Below are positions 27,001-38,018 of a DNA stretch of 42,389 nucleotides, in pieces (within the stretch, counting starts at the first letter, position 1; every line of letters starts with the position of its first letter). The DNA is taken from positions 1,633,731-1,676,119 of the forward strand of contig JBOZIK010000001.1 of the NCBI GenBank assembly GCA_051453625.1, given 5' to 3'. The translations under genes and the position numbers were made by a program. Under the pieces are notes generated by a model. That model was not told the DNA's origin. It was given only the letters and a program-made list of their open reading frames with translations, and did no database searches. Source of the stretch: Welwitschia mirabilis. Lineage: Eukaryota.

Positions 27001-28800
27001 NNNNNNNNNNNNNNNNNNNNNNNNNNNNNNNNNNNNNNNNNNNNNNNNNNNNNNNNNNNNNNNNNNNNNNNNNNNNNNNNNNNNNNNNNNNNNNNNNNNN
27101 NNNNNNNNNNNNNNNNNNNNNNNNNNNNNNNNNNNNNNNNNNNNNNNNNNNNNNNNNNNNNNNNNNNNNNNNNNNNNNNNNNNNNNNNNNNNNNNNNNNN
27201 NNNNNNNNNNNNNNNNNNNNNNNNNNNNNNNNNNNNNNNNNNNNNNNNNNNNNNNNNNNNNNNNNNNNNNNNNNNNNNNNNNNNNNNNNNNNNNNNNNNN
27301 NNNNNNNNNNNNNNNNTTATTTAGAGTCTTTTTTCTTATTTAATCTTAATTTATCTTGTATTTCATGGTTCTTCTTACCTTTATTTTTGCCTTTCCCAGG
27401 CCATGCTAGGAACTATGATGATTTCATGGATATGATACCATATTGTTTATGTAGGTTTAGATGTAAGCATGGATTTTAGTCATTAATGAAGAAGTGCTTA
27501 TTGCTATTGGCTAAAGATATTGACTTATTTATGATTTATGTATTTGTAGTTTGTATCAAGACTGGATTTGTGAACCATTTCTTATGTTTTAACTTTTAAA
27601 GTTGTTTTATTATTACTACAAGTTTTCTATGGCTCATATGTAAACATTCTAACTTCCTACTACCTCATTAATTTATTTTACATTAAATTATAGATTAATT
27701 TTAATTGATAATAATTCTGATTGTGTCTTTTTCTTCATCATGTTACTATCATAATTACTATTGTAATAACCACTCCATAGTTACTCTTGTAACCACTACT
27801 CCATAATAATTACTGTACCTATTACTTTATAATTATTATAGATGAGAATTTCATATTTTAATAGTAGTCTAAGAGATCATTAGAGTAATAGTATTTTTGT
27901 AATATAATTCTTTAAATATTTCTAAATGAAGTTGTTACTATTAGTTATAATTAACTGGCAAGTTGTCCTTTTTATGTTTCATCCAATACATTTGTTAAGG
28001 ATTCAAATTAAAGTAAAATATGTCTTAGGGATTTAGTCTTTTTTTCTTGAACAATTATGATTAAAGTATATAGAGAAATAGCATTATATTATGTGGGGAA
28101 CTCATATTATGCTAAAATAATTTCTATATTTGTTATTTAAAATAGAGGAGAAACATTGTTGATGTTGAGCATCTTGTGTTTTTACCCCTCGATTCTACTA
28201 CTCTTACATTTTTGCTACTTTAATTCTCTAATTACTTTTTTATTATTACTCCTACAAGCTTCACTTCAATTCTAATAGAGAGTAATTTTCAGGTATTTTA
28301 AGAGGCAAAAACAGTTTTTTAATAGGTGAAGCCATTTGCAAATTGCCAGAGTTTCTTGTTTTAGTCTTTTCATATTCCACAATTATTTGTCTAATTAAAA
28401 ATGGCTTTAATTTCTAATGGGTTTTTTTTGTAAATCTGAGCTTATTCTATATCCTTCAAGGTAAAACATGTGTGTTTCTAGTGACAACTGCACTCTATTT
28501 TTTTTTTTTTTTTTTTTTGCCTTTTTAGATGTGTTAAATCATTAGGGCACTGACAAAGTAATATAGGCTATTTTAGATACATAAATCACAAGTCCTAGCT
28601 TCCCTCAATTACTTTTAAAGATGTGCATAAGTTTGGCCATTAATCTTAAATATCAAATTAATATTTATCAATTTATTATTTTTAATCTTTAAAAAAATAT
28701 GAATCAAAGCAAATTGAGTTTCCAAGTGAAAACTATGGATTTTACATTTTAATATCAAAGCAACATTTGAAGTTTTTGGATGAAAATTGTGGACTTTTCA
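24075..28800 (+). repeat. 3' LTR (length inflated by N gaps)
   Basis: Starts TATCACG after the PPT and ends GGACTTTTCA; colinear with the 5' LTR. Confidence 0.85.
26158..26438 (+). repeat. Minisatellite in the 3' LTR, 8 units of ~36 bp
   Basis: Same core as 20789-21001. Confidence 0.85.
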
Positions 28801-28805
28801 CTTAT

Positions 28806-30251
28806 TTAGCTATTAACATATCTAAAATTATATTATTTTATACTAATTCCTCCTTATCAAGGTCCTTAATCCAATAATGCACTTATTCTTTGAGTGCTTC
28901 TTTATCTCCATTATTAATAAAATTCTTTGTAGCTTTTACATATATAATATGATTCTTTATGAATTTCTATGGTATTAATTAAAAACAAAATTAGCAAAAT
29001 AATCACATTTAAAATAACAATGATTCAAATAAAGTTTTCAAGTAAAATAATATGGATTATTGTTAAAGCTATTTAAAATGTTATATTGAGTCTTTATCAC
29101 TTTTTTTAAGTAGTTTTTATTCCTTTGTGCATGGGTCACTTTCCTTTTGTTGTGGCTATAGTAGGAGTTGTTTTGGTGTTTTCTTTAATGAAATAGGATT
29201 TTCTTGTTATGATGATGACTCTTAGAAATTAATTGGTTTTAATGATTTTAAATTCTTCATCTTCATTTTTATCATCTTCACCTTTTCTACTAAGGTTGTA
29301 TCTTGTTCTAACAAATATTTTAGTAAATTTTCAATAAAGTAAAAATTTGTATACAATTTTTTTTTTTTTTGGAAGCTAAACACTTAAAAGCATATTCCTT
29401 TAAACAAGCAAATTTGGAACTCTAGTTAGTGTACAATATGCTTCATTCCTCACATCTGATATTAATTATTCCAAAAATAATACTGTATATTACAACATAA
29501 ATCCATGATAAAATGATGCCTTGTTGCTATAGCTGCTCTAGTTCTTGAAGCTCCTTTTTGTTATAACTACTCTAATCCTTGATACTCTACAGGTGGGTAA
29601 TGAAATTCTTACATGTAAATGAAGTAAATGAAATTAACTTCTCCTTTATGAAAACATGGTGGAATAAGTAAAATTTTTTCAAAAGATGAAGTGGTCTTTG
29701 TTTAAGGCATGGTTCATCTTAAAAACAATTCATGAGCCCATTATAAAATAGAAAAATATCTAAAACATGTCTATTTATTCAAGATTGATAATACACCCAC
29801 TTATCAAATACATTTGGGAGTACATAAAATACATACAACTTTTTATAAGGAAACTTCATTTTTTTTTGTCTAACTTAACATCACTTAACATTTTTCTGAA
29901 GATTTTAAAAGTGAGATGAAACAATTTTAGAATTTATCTATATCTTTTAATTTTAGATCCATTTGGAATAATTATGAATTCATCTAGGTAGGTACTCAAC
30001 CAAAGAATAATATGCATTTTTATGAGCTCATCAGGAGTAATTATTTCAAAAAGCTATTTTAATCCAACTTGTTTAGCTTTCTTTATATTTTTGGATGATG
30101 TCAAAATGTGAAATAGACTCGGTATTACATGTTTAATAAAGCTAAAACTAGAAAGGAGATGAATTTCTTCTACTACTTTAGATATATTACCCAAAAATTT
30201 AAGAGACTTAAAGTACCCTAATTTGTGCTCTTCTATATTATCATTAGTCAT
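28806..30251 (-). pseudogene. N-terminal part of the extra ORF of the copia (unknown product)
   Basis: ATG at 30251 opens the 65-aa ORF-track hit. Broken coding-like A/G-rich minus-strand sequence continues to the Tekay insertion. No recognisable domain. Confidence 0.35.
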
Positions 30252-30779
30252 AAATTTATGCTTGATTCAATGACAAAATAACACATAAATCAAATAAAAA
30301 GGAAGAGTAAGAAGAAGAATATAAAGTAGGATGATATCATTAGAGGAAAGGATTACAATGAGTAGGAAGGAGTTACTCACTGAATGTAGGAAAATTGCAA
30401 GAAGTTTTGAATTGTAAATTTCACCTTTGTAGTGGGAAAAGATAAAATGAGTATTACCTTTAGTTGTTTTTATAGATTTCTTGTAAATTTCACTATGTAA
30501 GATTAGAATAATTTTGAAAAATTATTTAAAAGTTCATTTATGGATTTAGTAAACTTATTTATTATAAAATGTAATAACACATGTGATATAGAGTTTAGAA
30601 AATGTACTATGTTTATACACATTTATTTCATTTATTACAAAACGTACTTCATTTATACACATCCATATCATTTATTAAAGAAAAGACTAATAAGCTAACA
30701 TCAACACTATTTTTTTTAAACATGTTTCAAGAAGTAAAAATAATGAATGTAAAGGAAAACATGATTTCTTATCTATTTT

Positions 30780-31530
30780 AGCCTCTAGACATAACACTTC
30801 ATTGTTAATGAACTTTATTAAATAGGAACTACATCACGTTAGTAATGCCATTAGCTTTCTAATTTCATAGTTTTACCACTTGGAGTTTTGGCATATGTTT
30901 TTGGAACATCTATAATATACGAACTTCATATATCTTATCAATTTTAGTTTGGACAATTTACTAGTCCATAATATAAGACTATGGTGCTTTCATTGCTACA
31001 TGGAATTCATTTTTATTCTTAAATTCTTCATAATATTTTGATGATTTGTGATTGAACAACTATCTCTTAGATATTGTTAATTTTTGTTTCACTGCTTTTA
31101 CTTTATCCTTTCAATTTTGTTAATTAGGATCATAGTGCATCAGTCTTTAATAAGACCATCTTTTAATTGTAATGAAACATGAAATATATAACACTATAAG
31201 AACTAAATTTTTCTGGAATTGGCTGCTTTGACTTAGTAACTCTTGAAACCTCTATACTAGACAAAAATGTCCTTACTTCCTTCTTATACCTTTTCCATAT
31301 CAAATGACTTAACTTCTATCATAACTAAACTTTGGTTATCATTTAGTCAATAAAACAAATGCATTTTTTTCACTTCATTAATAGTTATAACTGCTTATTT
31401 CAACTCTTCTTTTTTAAGTTTTATTAATGAACTCCACTACTACTATTGCTTATGTTTTGGAATGAAATCATCAACTCTACTTTAACTACTTTGTATCAAG
31501 ATAAAAACATTGATATTAGATACTATGTAG
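30780..31530 (-). pseudogene. Copia integrase C-terminus, linker and RT start, heavily deleted
   Basis: Minus-strand relics in order: QCFYLDTK, SRVTKSKQPIPEKFSSY, YYEEF..EFHVAMK, LVNCP, IDVPKTYA (IDY.ETYA), WHY*RDV (W...QMDV). Confidence 0.6.
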
Positions 31531-32128
31531 AAATTAAATGTATTGAAGTTTGAAGTATTTTGTAAAAAGTGGAAGAAGTAGAAGCCAAAAGTCAACATTG
31601 AAATTAATTGAAAATATTTTGGCCGAGAGGCCATCCCTAGCCACTGATTTGTCCGGTATAACATTACTCCTTTTTTTTTTAAATTTCAAAAATAAATGGT
31701 TTTTTCTATGTTTAAGTATAATTAATAATAAGAACCGATATTCGAAATGATAAATAGAATTTAATGGGACGGTTTCAATTAAATAAANNNNNNNNNNNNN
31801 NNNNNNNNNNNNNNNNNNNNNNNNNNNNNNNNNNNNNNNNNNNNNNNNNNNNNNNNNNNNNNNNNNNNNNNNNNNNNNNNNNNNNNNTAATTAATAATAA
31901 GAACCGAGATTCAAAATGATAAATAGAATTTAATGGGACGGTTTCGATTAAATAAATCAAATATAAGAATATCAATAGAAATCAAATAAAAGAATGTCAA
32001 TAATTATAGAATTTAATGGAGTGGTTTCGATCAAATAAATCAAATAAAATAATCTTAATAATTAATAATTATAACTGAAGATAAAAGAATGTTAATAAAA
32101 GAATGTCATAAAATGAAGATAAAATCAA

Positions 32129-32855
32129 AATGCTTTGAAGATTTGCAAATCACTCTAAAGAATTGCAAATTACTCTAAATAATTGCTAATTACTTTGATG
32201 AACATTTCTTAAATTGACTGTGAATGAAGCTTCTATAATCTTTTGGGTAGTTAGAATACACAGGTATGAAAATTTTCTCTAATCATTTTTCTTGCCTATT
32301 TTAGAATTTTGGTCACAATAATTTTTTTTACAAAGCTCTTCTGTTTATCGTTCTTCCATTTTTCAAAATTTTAATCATAGACTTTATCATTTTTCTTCGT
32401 TTTTTTAGAATTTATCTCCATTTATAATTCTTCTGTTGCAGTTGTTGTATCTGCTTCACAATCGTCCTCTTTCATTTTCTTTCCAGAATCAAATAATGTT
32501 TTCTTTTTTGGCATGTAAACCAATGCCTTATAATTAAAACACATTCGAAATGCTCTGAAGAACTGCGATTCACTTTAATTAATATTACTAGATTTGACTG
32601 TTAACAAATCTTCTAAACTCTTTTAGGCAGTTGTGATACATAGATATAGAATTTTTTTCTGTTTACAATTTTTTTTGTTTTTTCAGAATTTTAGTCATAG
32701 CATTTTTTATAAAACACTCTTTCATTTATCAATCTTCTATTTTTTAGAATTTTAGTCGTAGCGTTTATTATTTTTCTCTATTTTTTATAGTTTTTCTCCT
32801 TTTATAATTCTTCTATTGTAGTTGTTGTAACTATTCCAGATTTGTCCTATTTCAA
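32129..32855. repeat. Two-copy ~380-420-bp diverged tandem duplication
   Basis: AATGCT.TGAAGA at 32129 and 32549; TTTATAATTCTTCT.TTG.AGTTGTTGTA at 32421 and 32801. Confidence 0.8.
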
Positions 32856-34076
32856 TTTTATTAATATAAAAATTATTTTTTTAAAAACAATGCATTATAG
32901 ATATGTAAACATATAAAATAGAATGAAAAGCATAAGTAGAAGAACACATTACTTTTTACAGAAATTTATCAAATTATAATTTATTTTTAATTAAGTTTTT
33001 TAAATTAATTTTTTTCATTGGCTTCTTCTTTCAAATTACATTAATCTACACTAAGTTTTTGTTTACATCTATTAAGATTTAAAAATTTATTTAGTATAAA
33101 TTAAGTTTCTTTATTTAAGTTTAAATTTTATTTTTTAAATTTAATAATTTTAAATTGATTATTAGTGTTACATTAAGTTTTTTATAAATTAATTTTTAAA
33201 ATTTAAGATTATTAGATTCACTGTAATAAATGAGTCTATTCTAGTGATATTTAAAAATTTTTTATGTTTACATTATTTTTTATTTTAAGTTTAACTTAGT
33301 TTGTTTCAAATTTATTAATTTANNNNNNNNNNNNNNNNNNNNNNNNNNNNNNNNNNNNNNNNNNNNNNNNNNNNNNNNNNNNNNNNNNNNNNNNNNNNNN
33401 NNNNNNNNNNNNNNNNNNNNNNNNNNNNNNNNNNNNNNNNNNNNNNNNNNNNNNNNNNNNNNNNNNNNNNNNNNNNNNNNNNNNNNNNNNNNNNNNNNNN
33501 NNNNNNNNNNNNNNNNNNNNNNNNNNNNNNNNNNNNNNNNNNNNNNNNNNNNNNNNNNNNNNNNNNNNNNNNNNNNNNNNNNNNNNNNNNNNNNNNNNNN
33601 NNNNNNNNNNNNNNNNNNNNNNNNNNNNNNNNNNNNNNNNNNNNNNNNNNNNNNNNNNNNNNNNNNNNNNNNNNNNNNNNNNNNNNNNNNNNNNNNNNNN
33701 NNNNNNNNNNNNNNNNNNNNNNNNNNNNNNNNNNNNNNNNNNNNNNNNNNNNNNNNNNNNNNNNNNNNNNNNNNNNNNNNNNNNNNNNNNNNNNNNNNNN
33801 NNNNNNNNNNNNNNNNNNNNNNNNNNNNNNNNNNNNNNNNNNNNNNNNNNNNNNNNNNNNNNNNNNNNNNNNNNNNNNNNNNNNNNNNNNNNNNNNNNNN
33901 NNNNNNNNNNNNNNNNNNNNNNNNNNNNNNNNNNNNNNNNNNNNNNNNNNNNNNNNNNNNNNNNNNNNNNNNNNNNNNNNNNNNNNNNNNNNNNNNNNNN
34001 NNNNNNNNNNNNNNNNNNNNNNNNNNNNNNNNNNNNNNNNNNNNNNNNNNNNNNNNNNNNNNNNNNNNNNNNNNAT

Positions 34077-34875
34077 TTAGTTCATCTATTTACCATCAAT
34101 GATATGATTTCCACACATAACAGAAAGTGTTTTCTTCAAATGCAATCACCCATTGCACGATGTGTAGCAGATAGATCATGCGATTCAGTTAGATATGATG
34201 ATGCTAATAGTGAATTAGAAACAGAGATTCTTATCTGTCAAGGAGCTAGGGTCATGCTGATTATGAACATATGACCTGAAGCTGGATTAGTGAATGGATC
34301 TATGGGNNNNNNNNNNNNNNNNNNNNNNNNNNNNNNNNNNNNNNNNNNNNNNNNNNNNNNNNNNNNNNNNNNNNNNNNNNNNNNNNNNNNNNNNNNNNNN
34401 NNNNNNTAGGGTCATGCTGATTATGAACATATGACCTGAAGCTGGATTAGTGAATGGAACTATGGGTGTTATTAGATTAATAGTTTGTCATCCAAGAAAG
34501 AATCCACCTGATCTTCCAATCTATGTCATGGTTAACTTTGATATATATATTGGAGTTCCTTTTGATGAGTCAAGTCCAAATACAGTTCCCAACATACCAT
34601 TCTCTAGAGATTAAACAAAGCAGCTACCTCTCAAACTCGCATGGGCATTAACAATTCATAAATCTTAAGGGTTAACACTCAATAAGGCATGCATAGACAT
34701 TGGTGCCAAGCAAATGCCAGGACTGACTTTTATGATTTTTTCTCGAGTGAAGTCAATAAAATCAATTAAGATATTTCATCCATTCTTTAAACAAAGATAC
34801 AAGAAATTATCCAAGCATTCTAACTTAGAAAAGTGGATGAAGGAGAAGTAACTTTTAGTAGGCCTAAAAGTATAG
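34077..34875 (+). pseudogene. PIF1-family (SF1B) DNA helicase C-terminal half
   Basis: Reads VHLFTINDMISTHN..GARVMLIMNI*PEAGLVNGSMG..QLPLKLAWALTIHKS*GLTLNKACIDIG..GLTFMIFSRVKS (helicase motifs IV-VI), with in-frame stops. Confidence 0.92.
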
Positions 34876-35312
34876 AATTCATTGTCATTATAATATTTTA
34901 CCAAATCATGTATAGTGTACATTTTTATAGAGTAATAGAAAAAATTTGCTTCTATTCANNNNNNNNNNGTAGCTAAAGCTAATGTTTACTTTATAGCATG
35001 TTAAAAAATTAATTAAATACAAATAATAAGCAAGACATTTATATAATCGTGTGCTCTATAAAAGATTATATTTTTTAATAGCATATTTAGCTAACTTAAT
35101 ATGCATTTCTTCTGAGCAAAATATCATATGTTTCATTAGCATGTTCAAAAAAAATAAATACAAATAATGAGTAAGATAATTTGGTTATGCCATTTTCAAT
35201 TAAAGAAAAATGAGTAATTAAATTTATTCCATATGAGTCATAATGAATATTGAACTTATAATTATTATTAATTAGTGGCTAGTGACCACTAGCTTAGATA
35301 TATAATACATAT

Positions 35313-35947
35313 ATATATCTAAAGGTTGGTTGAGATATATCAAAATTTTTTGCCTTTTGGACAAGGCTATAAGCATTAACTTGAATATATTTTTAACGAA
35401 TTTCAACATTGACTTTTGACTTTTGGTCGACTTTGGCCACCGATTTTTAACTAATTTCAATGTTGACTTTTGACTTTTGGTTAACTTTAGCCACTAATTT
35501 TTAACTAATTTCAAGGTTGACTATTGACTTTTGGTCAACATTGACCATTGATCAAAACTCAATGCTTATTCTCCACCAAAATTTTCCTTTTGATCGAGNN
35601 NNNNNNNNNNNNNNNNNNNNNNNNNNNNNNNNNNNNNNNNNNNNNNNNNNNNNNNNNNNNNNNNNNNNNNNNNNNNNNNNNNNNNNNNNNNNNNNNNNAA
35701 AACTCAATGCTTATTCTCCGCCAAAATTTTCCTTTTGATCGAGAATAAGCATTAAGTTTGGGTTAATGGTCAACATTGACCAAAAGTCAATAGTCAACAT
35801 TGAAATTAGTTAAAAATCAGTGGCCAAAGTTGACCAAAAGTTAAAAGTCAACATTGAAATTCGTTAAAAATATATTCAGGTTAATGCTTGTAGCCTTGTC
35901 CAAAAGGTGAAAAAATTTGATAAATCTTAGTTAACCCTTAGATATAT
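35313..35947. repeat. Long near-perfect palindrome with 54-bp subrepeats
   Basis: The left arm (ATATATCTAAAGGTT...AATGCTTATTCTC) is the reverse complement of the right arm (GAGAATAAGCATT...AACCCTTAGATATAT), with a ~20-nt loop. The left arm has one more 54-bp unit. Confidence 0.92.
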
Positions 35948-36282
35948 TATTACAAATAATTAAATATTATTACAAATAATTATTTCATTATAAGATGACT
36001 AGTACATAATATTATGCTTGGTTTATATAAGTAGTTTATGGATGATCCACTTCTAAGTTTTGGACTTAGATTTGTGTGACTTCAAACTCTTTCATCACAC
36101 TTTATCAAACTTTACATATTTTTTCTTCTTTAATGTATTACTTGGAATGAATGATTGTCATCTATATAGTGTTTTGTAAGGTAGAAAGGGTTTCATCTTC
36201 TAGCAGTGTACTAAAACATGTTGCTTCGTGTTTCGTTAATCAACTTGATAATTTTTAAGTTAATTATGTTAAATTTCTAACA
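35948..36282 (-). repeat. 5' LTR of the minus-strand copia, truncated at its 3' end
   Basis: Minus strand starts TGTTAGAAATT and aligns with 18009-17690, stopping at the palindrome. Confidence 0.85.
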
Positions 36283-36502
36283 TTAGTAAGATCTCGAAGC
36301 ATTCTAATTGCAATGAGAATAAGACTTATAAGCACTTTGATTTCTAAGGATGCCTAGCTAGAAAAGTTTCATAAGGGTTAAGAAGCACCAAAAGGAATAA
36401 TATTTGCTAATGTAAAATGTCTAATAATAAGGGCAACCTTCATAATAAATCTAATAGTAGTAGCACTGATAACTACTTCATGGAAAACTAGATATAATAA
36501 AA
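36283..36502 (+). pseudogene. Continuation of LINE ORF2 (zinc-finger region)
   Basis: Removing the copia and one TSD copy gives in-frame IREKLS|KISKHSNCNENKTYKHFDF*GCLARKVS, resembling the C..C..ET..H.F..C..A..VW zinc finger of plant L1. Confidence 0.7.
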
Positions 36503-36898
36503 TGTTAGAATAATGGACCTACATACAATGTATATGGGCTTATTATGATTATTTGATTATAATTGATTATTCAGTTACAATTTTATATTATGTGCTATCA
36601 TACGATGTGGCCCAATTAAATGTGATCCACTTAAGTTAAGGTTAAGTGGGTATTAAAATTGTCTTATAAAGTATGGGTTCATATTTATGTGTAGATATCC
36701 AATCAGTTTATTGCTAATTAATGATGGACTGATTAGAAATAAGGGTCTATAAATGGACAGGGTTATGGTTCCCANNNNNNNNNNNNNNNNNNNNNNNNNN
36801 NNNNNNNNNNNNNNNNGCTTATGTCTTCTTGTTCTAATATAGATAATTTGATATAAAGTTTAAAGTTTATTATTTGATTATGGAATTTAATTCCTTCA
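36503..36898 (+). repeat. 5' LTR of the young copia
   Basis: TGTTAGAA...TTCCTTCA directly before the PBS; CTATAAAT at ~36747. The 5' start is inferred. Confidence 0.75.
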
Positions 36899-36900
36899 AG

Positions 36901-36911
36901 TGGTATCAGAG
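36901..36911 (+). promoter_or_regulatory. Primer-binding site (tRNA-iMet)
   Basis: TGGTATCAGAG, 2 nt after the LTR-terminal CA. Confidence 0.9.
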
Positions 36912-38018
36912 ACTCCTTCATATTGGATTATTTGGAATCTGGTTTGTATTAAATTAACATGAATTATTTTTTTTATGTGTGATGAATATTAATTGGATTT
37001 ATTAGTTTTTATGCGATTAGTAGTTTTGAATCTCCTTTAGGGTATTAATGTAGTTTTGAATGATATTGGTTTTGGTGCTGATACTTTCATCTATTTGATT
37101 TCATTTTCAGCTTTGAGTTTTCTTTTACCGCATATGATGACATATAAATTTGTATTTATATTTAAATTTTTAGCAATAAGATCATAATTTTCTTATATAT
37201 CTAATATTCTGAATTAGTTAATTTATACAATACATTACCAAAGTAATCTCTTTTATGTAGATTGATTAATTTAGAATATTGAGATGATTGTATGTGTTCA
37301 AATTCCATGCGTTTAACAATAGGTCCAAAGGAAGGTTGTTGTTTGGATAGAATTCAAACATGCTTGTGGTGATAAATATGTGACAATTATTAGGTTTTCA
37401 TGTNNNNNNNNNNNNNNNNNNNNNNNNNNNNNNNNNNNNNNNNNNNNNNNNNNNNNNNNNNNNNNNNNNNNNNNNNNNNNNNNNNNNNNNNNNNNNNNNN
37501 NNNATGAATTAGTTAATTTATACAATACATTACTAAAGAAATCTCTTTTATGTAGATTGATTAATTTAGAATATTGAGATGATTGTATGTGTTCGAATTC
37601 CATGCGTTTAACAAAAGGCCCAAAGGAAGGTTGTTGTTTGGATAGAATTCAAACATGCTTGTAGTGATAAATATGTGACAATTATTAGGTTTTCATGTAA
37701 ATGTTAAATCGATCCAAAGACAGACTTGATATTTGACATGAATTNNNNNNNNNNNNNNNNNNNNNNNNNNNNNNNNNNNNNNNNNNNNNNNNNNNNNNNN
37801 NNNNNNNNNNNNNNNNNNNNNNNNNNNNNNNNNNNNNNNNNNNNNNNNNNNNNNNNNNNNNNNNNNNNNNNNNNNNNNNNNNNNNNNNNNNNNNNNNNNN
37901 NNNNNNNNNNNNNNNNNNNNNNNNNNNNNNNNNNNNNNNNNNNNNNNNNNNNNNNNNNNNNNNNNNNNNNNNNNNNNNNNNNNNNNNNNNNNNNNNNNNN
38001 NNNNNNNNNNNNNNNNNC

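Larger units (their letters stand above)
19045..28800 (+). mobile_element. Non-autonomous long-LTR chromovirus (Tekay/Del-like, LARD-like)
   Basis: Two colinear multi-kb LTRs, PBS, PPT and a chromodomain relic. TSD TTTAT (19040-19044) / CTTAT (28801-28805). The internal region is only ~1.5 kb. Confidence 0.85.
31585..35293 (+). mobile_element. Helitron-like rolling-circle element, probably Helitron2/Helentron type, defective
   Basis: PIF1 helicase relic. 13-bp inverted repeats CTAGCCACTGATT (31637-31649) / AATTAGTGGCTAG (35270-35282). Hairpins at 31620-31633 and 35273-35293. No HUH Rep domain seen (a ~750-nt gap precedes the helicase). Confidence 0.6.
17508..36282 (-). mobile_element. Old Ty1/copia LTR retrotransposon, internally deleted, carrying two nested insertions
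   Basis: Perfect 5-bp TSD TTAGT (17503-17507 and 36283-36287). Homologous LTR sequence at both ends, PPT before the 3' LTR, and integrase-RT relics inside. Confidence 0.85.

Noticed and set aside
24956-27479. Long ORF-track entries (208-313 aa)
   Set aside because: They consist almost entirely of X from N gaps inside an LTR; not genes.
34247-34466. Repeated helicase segment, and similar repeats at 26500/27317, 31720/31888 and 35555/35699
   Set aside because: Same gap-flank artefact.
34077-34875. Host PIF1 gene
   Set aside because: No introns in the visible segment, contains stops, and sits inside nested TEs with terminal repeats.
35965-36240. Protein-like minus frame (KMKPFLPYKTLYR...)
   Set aside because: It has many stops and is explained as copia LTR sequence with TG start and TSD.
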